Shown in pieces: positions 26,777-35,530 of a stretch of DNA of 64,000 nt (within the stretch, counting starts at the first letter, position 1; each line of letters begins with the position of its first letter). A program made the position numbers and the translations under genes. Source of the DNA: an uncultured Lentisphaeraceae bacterium (GTDB lineage Bacteria; Verrucomicrobiota; Kiritimatiellia; RFP12; DVOR01); the NCBI GenBank assembly GCA_949282555.1, contig CASDPK010000004.1:24378-88377 (forward strand), read 5' to 3'. Under the pieces are notes generated by a model. It had not been told where the DNA came from. It was given only the letters and a program-made list of their open reading frames with translations, and did not search any database.

Positions 26777-26932
26777 ACACCCATGCTACCACATACCGGG
26801 GCTCGTAGTAAAGGCCGCGCTGGCCGAGTTCAGCGTGATGTCTTTCCCAGCACCCCGCGTTGAGCCGTTGATCTTCCGCACGGCATCGACGGCCCCCACG
26901 CCCAAATCTCCCCATGGCCGCCTGCATGTGGC

Positions 26933-27005
26933 GAGAGGCTCCGTATCCCGACCTGAGACACTCCGTATCCCGAGGCGGGATGCACTAGACCCCGAGGTTC
27001 ACCCC
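26933..27005. repeat. REP-like composite repeat, copy 3
   Basis: GAGAGGCTCCGTATCCCGACCTGAGACACTCCGTATCCCGAGGCGGGATGCACTAGACCCCGAGG. Confidence 0.65.
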
Positions 27006-27088
27006 ACAATGCCCCGAAAAGACAAACGCCCATCCCAAACAGGATAGGCGCAACGATCGACGATACGTGGGATTGCCCAAAGGGGAGA

Positions 27089-27180
27089 TGGCGGAGGGGG
27101 AGGGATTCGAACCCTCGGTGCCCCTTGCGGAACACGACGATTTAGCAAACCGTTGCCTTCGGCCACTCGGCCACCCCTCC
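27089..27180 (-). tRNA. tRNA-Ser (GCT)
   Basis: The reverse complement starts GGAGGGGTGGCCGAGTGGCCGAAGGC. It has anticodon loop TTGCTAA, a long variable arm, T loop GGTTCGAATCC and CCA. Its 3' end faces the island. Confidence 0.9.
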
Positions 27181-27284
27181 AAGGATGCCTATGAACAGGC
27201 CAAAAGTGCGCCTATGATAGCACGTTCACGTTGGCGATGTCAATCAAAAATGAGACACCGGCTTATCCCGGAAGGGGTGAGGAT

Positions 27285-27314
27285 TTGACGGATACGGGAA
27301 GCGTTTGCTATCTT
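27285..27314 (+). promoter_or_regulatory. candidate promoter of the rpmH-rnpA-yidD-yidC operon
   Basis: TTGACG (27285-27290), 18-nt spacer, TATCTT (27309-27314), about 50 nt upstream of the rpmH ATG. Confidence 0.4.
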
Positions 27315-27363
27315 AAGTGTTCTTTGTGCTTTTTAAGTCGTTAAGACGAGAGGAAACAGTACC

Positions 27364-27501
27364 ATGAAAATGACTTGGCAACCTTCGAAGATCAAGCGCG
27401 TCCGCAAGATCGGCTTCCGTGCCCGTATGGCCACCAAGGGCGGCCGTCAGCTCCTCGCCCGCCGCCGCGCCAAGGGCCGCAAAGCTTTGGTGCATGCCTA
27501 A
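27364..27501 (+). CDS. rpmH: 50S ribosomal protein L34
   Basis: Not in the ORF track (45 aa). The translation is [45 protein letters not shown], a classic L34 sequence. Confidence 0.93.
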   Translation: MKMTWQPSKIKRVRKIGFRARMATKGGRQLLARRRAKGRKALVHA

Positions 27502-27586
27502 TTGCCGCCCCCTGGGGAGCACTCCCGTGGACGGTTCCCCTGCGCATTGCGACACTTCCGAGGGAGGCTCCCGTTCGGCGCCTCCT

Positions 27587-27940
27587 TTGCTTTTTGCGCC
27601 TTATCGGCTGCCTGCGGGGCGTTATGCCGCGGCGTTTGAGCAGGGGCAATCGTTGGCGTGCCGGTCGCTGGTGTTGCGCTGGGTGCCGAACGGGCTCAAC
27701 AAAACGTGCCTCGGGGTGATCTCGGCCAAGCGGACGTTTCGTTTGGCCGTGGCGCGCAGCCGGGCCCGGCGGTTGATGCGTGAGGCGTTCCGCTTGGAGC
27801 GCCCGGGGCTCCGAGAGGGGTATGACCTTGTGTTGCTGGGGCGGCGCGGGCTGGAGGGGCTCTCCTGCCACGACGTGCGGCGCGATCTGTTGTGGCTCTG
27901 CCGAAAGGCGGGGCTCCTGAAGCAGAATCCCCATGCGTAG
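27587..27940 (+). CDS. rnpA: ribonuclease P protein component
   Basis: Same frame as ORF 27419..27940. It is basic and has an RnpA-like region ([24 protein letters not shown]). It holds the conserved position between rpmH and yidD. The TTG start at 27587 is a guess. Confidence 0.75.
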   Translation: MLFAPYRLPAGRYAAAFEQGQSLACRSLVLRWVPNGLNKTCLGVISAKRTFRLAVARSRARRLMREAFRLERPGLREGYDLVLLGRRGLEGLSCHDVRRDLLWLCRKAGLLKQNPHA

Positions 27941-28196
27941 GGCAATCGTCACGGCGATGGTGGCTTGCGTGCGTTTCTATCAGCACGCGCTGCATGGCTT
28001 TTTCGGATACGGCTGTTGCCGGTTTTCCCCCACCTGCTCCAATTACATGATCGAGGCGCTCCAAACCCACGGCCCGTGGCGTGGCCTTGGCCTTGGCCTT
28101 TGGCGGATTCTCCGCTGCAACCCTTTCTGCAAAGGCGGATACGATCCCGTGCCTCCGCCCTCTGCCGCTCATAGGAAAGAATCGAATGAACCGTAA
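27933..28196 (+). CDS. yidD: membrane protein insertion efficiency factor YidD
   Basis: 87 aa, with [30 protein letters not shown] and LRCNPF..GGYDPVP. Confidence 0.9.
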   Translation: MRRAIVTAMVACVRFYQHALHGFFGYGCCRFSPTCSNYMIEALQTHGPWRGLGLGLWRILRCNPFCKGGYDPVPPPSAAHRKESNEP

Positions 28197-29841
28197 CGAA
28201 AAACTCGCCGCCGCGCTGCTGGGTCTGCTGTTGGTGGCCTATTTGGGCTGGCAGCAGTTCGGGCCGAAGCCCGCCCAAGCCCCCACCCCTCCCGCACAGG
28301 CGGAGGCGCCCCGTGCCGCCACGGCGGCCCCCGCACCCGCCCCCGCGCCCAAGCCGGCGGAACCCGTCGCCCAACCGGCGAAGCAGACCTACCACACGCT
28401 GGAGAATGGGCAGGTGCGCCTGACCTTCTCCGATTTGGGCGCCCGGCTGGTGCGTGCGGAACTGTTGAAGTATCAGGCCAAGAACACGGACGATTCCGCC
28501 CACGTGGTGTTGGAGACCGAGGACTTGCTGACGCTCGGCTGGGGGGCTGAATTGCCCGCCATCGCCACGACGGCGGAACTGAAGGACAAGGAGACGCTCG
28601 TCTTTCGCGGCCATGTGAAGGGTGCGACCTATGAGCGCACGGTGAAGCTGGGCACGGATTATGCCGTGGAGGTGCAGGACACCTTCTCGGCGGACAAGCC
28701 GCTCACCCTGCCCGCCCACACGCTGAGTTTGGGGGCCTTCCCGCTGAGCGGGGAAAAGGGGGATGCCCTTTCGGCCGACACGCTCGCCGCCGGCGAGAGC
28801 AAGCCCACCTACCGTGAGGGGAAGCTGGGCAAGGTGCTCGGGGCGAAGAGCGCCTTCTTGGGGTGCGGCACCAGCTCCGATCCCACCGGGTTGCCGATGG
28901 TCGCCGCGGAGGCCCTGCCGGGGCCGCAAACGTGGGTGGCGCTCAAAAACCGCTTCTTCGCCTCATTGGTCATGCCGGCGGAGCCGTTGCCCGCCCGCCT
29001 CTCCGTGTCGCGCAGCGCCTCGGCCCGTGCGCTGGAGGTGGTCTCCGTGGGCGGGGCCTTTGAGCGCCCGGCCCTGTCGCTGGCGCCGGGCGCCCCCAAG
29101 ACGCTTTCCACGCGCCTCTATGTTGGCCCCAAGGAACTCTCGAGCCTCAACGCGTTCGGGGCCCATGCGGGGCGCATCATGGATTTCGGGATGTTCTCTT
29201 GGGTCTGCGGCCCATTGCTGTGGGTGCTGAATCTCTTTTATGCCCTCATCCCCAACTACGGCGTGTCCATCATCCTGCTCACGCTGCTGGTGCGCGTGAT
29301 CTTCTGGCCCCTCACGCACAAGAGCACGGTCTCCATGCGCAAAATGAGCGTGATCCAGCCACAGATCAAGGAACTCCAAAAGAAGTTCAAGGATCAGCCG
29401 CAGAAGCTCCAGCAGGAGACCTTCCGACTCTACCGCGAACACAAGGTCAATCCCTTCTCGAGTTGCCTGCCGATGTTGGTGCAAATCCCGATCTTCATCG
29501 CGCTCTTCACGGTGTTGCGCTCTGCGGTGGAGCTGCGCTTCGCGCCCTTCCTGTGGATTGCCGACCTGTCCCAGCCCGAGAACCTGTTGGCGGGCGTGTT
29601 GCCGGTGCCGCTGAACATCCTCCCCATCCTCACCGCCGTGACGATGGGCCTGCAAACGCACCTCTCGCCCTCCACCGGAGACCCCGCGCAGAAGAAGATG
29701 ATGACGTGGATGATGCCCATCATGCTCCTCTTCATGTTCTACTCCATGCCCTCGGCGCTCTGCCTCTACTGGACGGTCTCCCAGGCGCTCTCCATCCTCC
29801 AAATGTGGCACATCCAGCGGACGGCCACCCCGCAAGCCTAA
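28186..29841 (+). CDS. yidC: membrane protein insertase YidC
   Basis: ATG at 28186 gives [20 protein letters not shown]. It has a periplasmic P1 domain and the conserved C-terminal core ([48 protein letters not shown]). Confidence 0.93.
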   Translation: MNRNEKLAAALLGLLLVAYLGWQQFGPKPAQAPTPPAQAEAPRAATAAPAPAPAPKPAEPVAQPAKQTYHTLENGQVRLTFSDLGARLVRAELLKYQAKNTDDSAHVVLETEDLLTLGWGAELPAIATTAELKDKETLVFRGHVKGATYERTVKLGTDYAVEVQDTFSADKPLTLPAHTLSLGAFPLSGEKGDALSADTLAAGESKPTYREGKLGKVLGAKSAFLGCGTSSDPTGLPMVAAEALPGPQTWVALKNRFFASLVMPAEPLPARLSVSRSASARALEVVSVGGAFERPALSLAPGAPKTLSTRLYVGPKELSSLNAFGAHAGRIMDFGMFSWVCGPLLWVLNLFYALIPNYGVSIILLTLLVRVIFWPLTHKSTVSMRKMSVIQPQIKELQKKFKDQPQKLQQETFRLYREHKVNPFSSCLPMLVQIPIFIALFTVLRSAVELRFAPFLWIADLSQPENLLAGVLPVPLNILPILTAVTMGLQTHLSPSTGDPAQKKMMTWMMPIMLLFMFYSMPSALCLYWTVSQALSILQMWHIQRTATPQA

Positions 29842-29865
29842 CGTTCAAGTTGCGCTTTCACCCTT

Positions 29866-29896
29866 GGGGGAGGCGGTGGGTATCCGCGCCTCCCCC
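29866..29896 (+). terminator. strong hairpin downstream of yidC (possible terminator, no U-tract)
   Basis: GGGGGAGGCG-(11 nt)-CGCCTCCCCC is a perfect 10-bp stem. The following sequence is not T-rich. Confidence 0.4.
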
Positions 29897-30053
29897 AAAC
29901 TGTATTCCCTGGCAGAAGCGCATTCCCTCCCCCAAAAGACTCCTTAAGCACACGGCACACATTCTCTCAAAGCGTGGAGCAAACATAGCGGCGGTGTTTT
30001 TGATAGAGTAATGGGTGCGAGGGCGAAGGTGCCCGGGCGAGAGGAAACATTGG

Positions 30054-32072
30054 ATGTTTGGAAGTCGCTGGTTTTTCATACTATTGTGCGGAATAGCCAC
30101 CGGAGTCAAGGCGCAGTCGGTCTTCGATATGCCCCGGCTTTTCCCGCAGCATCGGCGCATTTTGGCGCGGTTCATGGGCGCCGCGCAACGAGGGAACCTC
30201 ACGGAGGCCGAAGCGGCGGCACGGGCAGGCGCCCGGCTTTTCCCACGCGACGCGAACTGGCACTATAACGTGGCGTGCGCGTGCGCACGCGGCGGCCGCT
30301 CAAAGAAAGCGATGGAGTGGCTGGGGAAGGCCATCGACCTCGGCTTCACGGATCGGCGCCAGCTGAAGAATGATCCGGACTTGGCCTCCCTGCGCGATTT
30401 GCCGGACTTCCGGGGATTGTTGGAAAAGGCGGAGCGTTTGGCGGCGAATCCTCCCACCAACCCCACGCTTTCCAAAGCCTTTGCCCAAACCGTCGCGGCC
30501 GGCGCGGAGGCCGTGGCGGACGCTTCGGACACGCAGTGGGATTGGAATCCCGTGACGGGCGGTTACATGACCACCCTTCTGCGGGTGCTCCCCACGCGCG
30601 ACGTCACGCCGGAGGATTATGCCGGCCCCCATGCCGAGATCGTGCGCCCTTGGCTCGACCCCAAAGCGTATGCCGGGATGCTTTACGTGAACCGCGACGA
30701 GGATGCGTGCGCCGTGCGCCACGAGCGTTTCCCGTTGCTCACGCCGGTGATGTACGGCGACGAGGCGCAAAAGGCCGGCGCGCACCGCGGCACCGCCAAC
30801 GGCCTCTTTTCCACAGGCCTTGCGCCGTTGCCAACGGTGGGGAACTCGACCTTGACGGCGGGGCGCCCACCTTTCTGGCGGTCAATCCCGCGGGCCGTCG
30901 CCACCGACGGCGCGGCCATGGCCACGGCCCTGCGTCTGGCGATGGCCAACCAGCTTTACGTCTATGACGCGACGCCCGACCTGAATCGTCGTTTCAAGGG
31001 CGATCTCTTGACCTCGAACAATCCGGCATTCCTGCTTTCGGCGGATCTCACCAACGAAAAGCCCGACCCCAAAACGGCGCAACGCGACCTGACGGAGCTG
31101 GTGCTTGCGGGATTCGGCGTGTTGCCGCCTGAGACCCGACGGGAGATGCTCCGCCGCGGGTTGTTTGTGCCCACGATGCAACGTCTGCTCCGCCAAAGCC
31201 TGAAAGGTGCGCCCGATTATCTGACCGCCGCCGCCCATCCCACGGCCTTCGACCCGCAGGCCATCGACGCGGAGGCCTTTCTGAAGGCCGCGCATGCCCT
31301 GACGCCCGAGGGCTTGCCGCCCGCGCTCCAGCTGGCGGTGCGTCAGGAAACCATGCCGCGCCAGTACATCGACTATTTCGACGCCGTCTCTTCCGAGGGC
31401 ATTGCCGACACGCCCCTGTGCATCACCCGCGTGGTGCGCGGCGTGGAACGGACGCGCCGCCTGACGGTGGAGGCCGCCGTGCCCAACGAACCGGGCGTTT
31501 CATTCCGTTGGTTCACGGTCAATGGCGACCCCGAGAAGGTGCGCATTCGCACGCTCACCCCCAATGGCTCGTTGGCGACCATTGAGGCCGATTGGCAGGG
31601 TCTCCGCGAGGAGAACGGAATGGCTCAGCGCCGCGTGGACGTGGCCTGTGTGGCCCTGCGCCCCGACGGCACGGCCTCCGCCCCCTGCTTCGTCTCCCTG
31701 CGGGCCCTCGCCAACGAGCGGCGCACGTATGATGACCACGGCCGCATCGTCTGCGTGGATTACACCGCGCCCAAGGAGGGATTCGTCTACGAAGATCCCT
31801 TGCTCTCCGCCTTCAAGAATTGGAGCGATCACTACCTTTACGATGCCGAAGGGCGCCCCGCGGGATGGATTCGCAAGTCGCCGGGGGCGCCGGACCAACG
31901 GTTTGACGCCCGAGGGCGCCGCGTGGTGGCCCAACACCCGGATGGATCGCCGAAAACGGTGGTGAATGTGTCCTATCAGCCTCGTTTTGCGCAAGGGGGC
32001 GATGGTCTGTCCGCGCCGGCCGTCGAGCTCCTCCAGTCCGATGTCGGCGCCCCCTTTGAGGTCACGCCCTAA
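30054..32072 (+). CDS. hypothetical exported protein with N-terminal TPR-like region
   Basis: ATG at 30054 gives MFGSRWFFILLCGIATGVKAQ (signal peptide). AMEWLGKAIDLGFTDRRQLKNDPDLASLRDLPDFRGLL resembles a terminal TPR motif. The remaining roughly 550 aa is unassigned. Confidence 0.65.
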   Translation: MFGSRWFFILLCGIATGVKAQSVFDMPRLFPQHRRILARFMGAAQRGNLTEAEAAARAGARLFPRDANWHYNVACACARGGRSKKAMEWLGKAIDLGFTDRRQLKNDPDLASLRDLPDFRGLLEKAERLAANPPTNPTLSKAFAQTVAAGAEAVADASDTQWDWNPVTGGYMTTLLRVLPTRDVTPEDYAGPHAEIVRPWLDPKAYAGMLYVNRDEDACAVRHERFPLLTPVMYGDEAQKAGAHRGTANGLFSTGLAPLPTVGNSTLTAGRPPFWRSIPRAVATDGAAMATALRLAMANQLYVYDATPDLNRRFKGDLLTSNNPAFLLSADLTNEKPDPKTAQRDLTELVLAGFGVLPPETRREMLRRGLFVPTMQRLLRQSLKGAPDYLTAAAHPTAFDPQAIDAEAFLKAAHALTPEGLPPALQLAVRQETMPRQYIDYFDAVSSEGIADTPLCITRVVRGVERTRRLTVEAAVPNEPGVSFRWFTVNGDPEKVRIRTLTPNGSLATIEADWQGLREENGMAQRRVDVACVALRPDGTASAPCFVSLRALANERRTYDDHGRIVCVDYTAPKEGFVYEDPLLSAFKNWSDHYLYDAEGRPAGWIRKSPGAPDQRFDARGRRVVAQHPDGSPKTVVNVSYQPRFAQGGDGLSAPAVELLQSDVGAPFEVTP

Positions 32073-32093
32073 CGACATTCGCAAGGATTCCGC

Positions 32094-33740
32094 ATGAAGT
32101 TTTTCCATCTCTCACCACTGACCGAAAAGCGCCTCCAGCGCTTCCGCCGTAGCCGTGTGGCCTTTTGGTCGCTCCGCCTGCTCATTGTGCTCTATATCGT
32201 AAGCCTTTGCTCCGAGCTCATCTGCAATGGCAAGCCGTTGGTGATGCGTTTCAACGGCGAACTCTCCTTCCCCTTCCTCCGCGCCCAACCGCCCGTCGAG
32301 GTGCAGAAGGCCACCGGGGAGGCCAACCATGTGGACTATCGTCTGTTCACCGAAAGCGAGGCCTTCGGAAAGCATCCCGGCGACTTCGTCGTCTTCGCGC
32401 CGATTCCCTATTCCCCTGGCGAGACGCTCGACACCGCCGACCTCGAAGCGGACAAGGTCGTGACCCTCTCCCTCGTGCCCAATCAGCCCATCGGGCGCTT
32501 CAACCTCACGCGCGACCTCATGCTCGTGCGGCAGGACAGTTGCACACAGTTCTTCCCCAATGTGAACCTGCGCGACGGGCAGGCCTCCCTCAAGGAGCTC
32601 ATCGACCTCTCCCCCACCCTGCACAAGGAGATCAACCGCCGTCTGCTCGGCGAAGCCTGCCCCGCCTTTGAGACGACCGTGCGCCCCATGCCGTTGCGCG
32701 CCTTCCCATGGCAGGAGCTGATCCTCTCCTTGCCGCCGACCGATGGCACGGTCAAACCGCAGACCCTGCGCGTGAACCTTCGCGCCATTCTCCCCAACGG
32801 TCAGCGCTTCCTCCCCAAGCAGACATATGCGTTCACCCGCACGCGAGACGCCAAGGGCCACCCCGGCGCTCCGGAATTGCGGCTTGAGGAAGGTCAGCCC
32901 GAACCCGCGCCCGAACTCAAGAACCTGCTTGTGGAGTGGGCCAACCACGGCTTCACGAAGGATATCACCGCGGCCGACCACATCACGTACACGGCCCCGG
33001 ATCGGACGCTCTACACCGTCTTCTCCAGCAACAACATCCGTTTCCCCTTCCCCCCAACGGCGCGCCACCCCTTCGGATTGGACGGTTCGGGGCGCGACGT
33101 CTTCTCGCGGATTCTTTATGCCACACGCATTGCCATGAGTTTCGGCCTGCTGTTGGCCATGGCCGCCACCCTGATCGGCATGACCATTGGTTCGTTGCAG
33201 GGATACTTCGGCGGGAAGGTGGATATTTGCGTGCAGCGCTTCACCGAGATTTGGGCCGCGCTTCCCTTCCTCTACATCATGGTGCTGGTGGGTGCCGTCT
33301 TCGGGCGGAGCTTCTGGCTGTTGCTGCTGGTCTACGGTCTCTTCTGCTGGCTCGGCCTCTCCTACTATATGCGTGCGGAGTTCCTGCGCCTGCGCAACCG
33401 CCCCTTCGTCGCCGCGGCGCGTTGCCAAGGCCTAAGCAATGGGCGCATCATCTTCCGCCACATCCTGCCCAACGCGCTCACCCCCATCATCACGCTCTTC
33501 CCCTTCCTTTTGGTGGGAGCCATCAGCTCCTTGGTGGCGCTGGACTTCCTTGGCTTCGGCCTGCCCCCGCTTACGCCGAGCTGGGGTGAACTCCTGAATC
33601 AGGCGCAGACCTATCGTTGGGCTTGGTGGCTCATCCTCTTCCCCTCCCTCGCCATCTTCACGGTGATGTTCCTCACCGTCATGGTCGGCGAAGGCGTCCG
33701 CAACGCCTTCGATCCCAAGCCCTTCAGCAAGCTTCAGTAA
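32094..33740 (+). CDS. ABC transporter permease (Opp/Dpp C-type, YejE-like long N-terminus)
   Basis: 548 aa. The C-terminal 280 aa has the typical permease core (GSGRDVFSRILYATRIAMSFGL, EFLRLRNRPFVAAARCQGLS, which is an EAA-like loop). Confidence 0.85.
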   Translation: MKFFHLSPLTEKRLQRFRRSRVAFWSLRLLIVLYIVSLCSELICNGKPLVMRFNGELSFPFLRAQPPVEVQKATGEANHVDYRLFTESEAFGKHPGDFVVFAPIPYSPGETLDTADLEADKVVTLSLVPNQPIGRFNLTRDLMLVRQDSCTQFFPNVNLRDGQASLKELIDLSPTLHKEINRRLLGEACPAFETTVRPMPLRAFPWQELILSLPPTDGTVKPQTLRVNLRAILPNGQRFLPKQTYAFTRTRDAKGHPGAPELRLEEGQPEPAPELKNLLVEWANHGFTKDITAADHITYTAPDRTLYTVFSSNNIRFPFPPTARHPFGLDGSGRDVFSRILYATRIAMSFGLLLAMAATLIGMTIGSLQGYFGGKVDICVQRFTEIWAALPFLYIMVLVGAVFGRSFWLLLLVYGLFCWLGLSYYMRAEFLRLRNRPFVAAARCQGLSNGRIIFRHILPNALTPIITLFPFLLVGAISSLVALDFLGFGLPPLTPSWGELLNQAQTYRWAWWLILFPSLAIFTVMFLTVMVGEGVRNAFDPKPFSKLQ

Positions 33741-33750
33741 AGGTGCGGCC

Positions 33751-34734
33751 ATGTCCCAGCAAGCAGAACAGCCCCTCCTCCAAGTCCGCAACCTCACGAT
33801 TGCCTTTGAGAACGACGAGACCCGACAGGCCGTCACCACCGTTCAGGATGTCTCCTTCGAAGTCCACCGCGGCGAGATCCTTTGCGTCGTCGGCGAATCC
33901 GGGTGCGGCAAATCCGTCAGCTCCATGTGCATCCCGCGGCTGTTGCCCAGCCCTCCCTCCCGGGTCCTCGGCGGCGAGATTCTCTTTGAGGGCGTGGATT
34001 TGCTGAAGCTGCCCATCGCCAAAATGCGCGAATATCGCGGCCGGCGCATCGGCGTGATCTTTCAAGACCCCATGACCGCCCTCTCCCCGCTCGTGCGCAT
34101 CGGCGACCAAATCATCGAAGCCGTCCGCATTCACGACCGCGTCATCACCGCCGAAGGCGCGCGCGCCAAGGCCTTGGAGTGGCTGGCCAAAGTGGGTATC
34201 CAAAACCCTGCCCTCGCCCTCCGGTGCTATCCCTACGAGCTCTCCGGCGGCATGCAACAGCGCGTGATGATCGCCATGTGCCTTATCTTGGAGCCCCAGC
34301 TCGTCATCGCCGACGAGCCCACCACGGCCCTCGATGTCACCATTCAGGCGCAAGTGCTTGAACTCATGCTCCAGCTCCACCGCAAAGACTCCGGCATGAT
34401 CTTCATCACCCACGACATGGGCGTGGTCTACCGCATGGCGCACCGCGTCGCCGTGATGTACGCCGGCCAAATCGTCGAGCAAGCGAGCGCCAAAGACTTC
34501 TTCGCGGGCCCCAAACACCCCTACGCCCGCGCCCTGCTGGAGGCGCTCCCCTCCCATGCCACCCGCGGGCACACCCTCCGCGCCATCCCCGGCCAAGTGC
34601 CCAGCCCCGGCTGTTACGCGCCCGGTTGCCGTTTTGCCGAGCGGTGCGACCAAGCCCGCCCCGAATGCGCCACCACGCCCCCGACCCTCTCGCCCGTGGG
34701 CACCCACCTCGTCCGCTGTCCCTTCGCCCAATGA
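33751..34734 (+). CDS. ABC transporter ATP-binding protein (OppD/DppD-type)
   Basis: It has Walker A GESGCGKS, signature LSGGMQQR, Walker [13 protein letters not shown] and a C-terminal oligopeptide-type Cys region. Confidence 0.9.
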   Translation: MSQQAEQPLLQVRNLTIAFENDETRQAVTTVQDVSFEVHRGEILCVVGESGCGKSVSSMCIPRLLPSPPSRVLGGEILFEGVDLLKLPIAKMREYRGRRIGVIFQDPMTALSPLVRIGDQIIEAVRIHDRVITAEGARAKALEWLAKVGIQNPALALRCYPYELSGGMQQRVMIAMCLILEPQLVIADEPTTALDVTIQAQVLELMLQLHRKDSGMIFITHDMGVVYRMAHRVAVMYAGQIVEQASAKDFFAGPKHPYARALLEALPSHATRGHTLRAIPGQVPSPGCYAPGCRFAERCDQARPECATTPPTLSPVGTHLVRCPFAQ

Positions 34735-35426
34735 TTCCCTCCCTCGCCCGCACCGAGACGCTTCTCGGAAGCGAAGCCCTCGCCCGCCTCCAAGCCGCCA
34801 CCGTGCTGATCGTCGGGCTGGGCGCCGTCGGCGGAGCCTGTGCCGAAGCCCTCGCTCGGAGCGGCGTAGGGAACCTCCATCTTGTGGATGGCGACGTCTT
34901 TGACGTTTCCAACCTCAACCGCCAGCCCTTCGCCGCCACCTCCACACTCGGACAATCCAAGGCCGAGGTCACCTGCGCCCGCCTCGCCGACATCGCCCCC
35001 ACCTGCCGCCCACAAGGGGAAACGCGCTTCATCACCCCCGAAAACGTCGAAGAACTCCTCGACCGCACCCACCCCGATGCCGTGGCCGACGCCTGCGACG
35101 ACATCCCCGCCAAAGTGGCCCTCCTTGCCACCTGCCACCGCCGTGAGATTCCCGTCTGCTCCTCCATGGGCGCCGCCCGAAAACTCGACCCCACCGCCCT
35201 CCGCGTCACCGACCTTTCCGAAACCCAAGTCTGCCCCCTCGCCCGCAACGTCCGCCACGCCCTCCGCGCCCTCGGCATCACCCATGGCATCCGTTGCGTT
35301 TGGTCAAGCGAACCCGCGCGCCCCATGCCTCCCGGCACCCTCGGCTCCTACATGCCCGTCACCGCCACCGCCGGCCTCCTCCTCGCCGCCGACCTCCTAA
35401 GTACGCTTGGCGGGATCGACCACTGA
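34731..35426 (+). CDS. tcdA: tRNA threonylcarbamoyladenosine dehydratase (ThiF/E1-like)
   Basis: ATG at 34731 forms an ATGA overlap with the ABC ATPase stop. It has VLIVGLGAVGGACAEALARSGVGNLHLVDGDVFDVSNLNRQ. Confidence 0.8.
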   Translation: MIPSLARTETLLGSEALARLQAATVLIVGLGAVGGACAEALARSGVGNLHLVDGDVFDVSNLNRQPFAATSTLGQSKAEVTCARLADIAPTCRPQGETRFITPENVEELLDRTHPDAVADACDDIPAKVALLATCHRREIPVCSSMGAARKLDPTALRVTDLSETQVCPLARNVRHALRALGITHGIRCVWSSEPARPMPPGTLGSYMPVTATAGLLLAADLLSTLGGIDH

Positions 35427-35530
35427 GCACACACCAAAAAACATTCATGGCTTGTAAGGCTTGTGACTAAGCCGCACGCTCTGTATTGTCCCTTCCGAGC
35501 CCTTATCAACAACGAAACGGCCCATTGAGA

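Noticed and set aside
22153-27088. Integrase, transposase or att direct repeats defining the island as a classical integrative element
   Set aside because: No ORF in any frame shows tyrosine/serine recombinase or DDE motifs. I could not find a repeat of the tRNA-Ser(GCU) 3' end near 22153-22340. Mobility therefore remains unproven.
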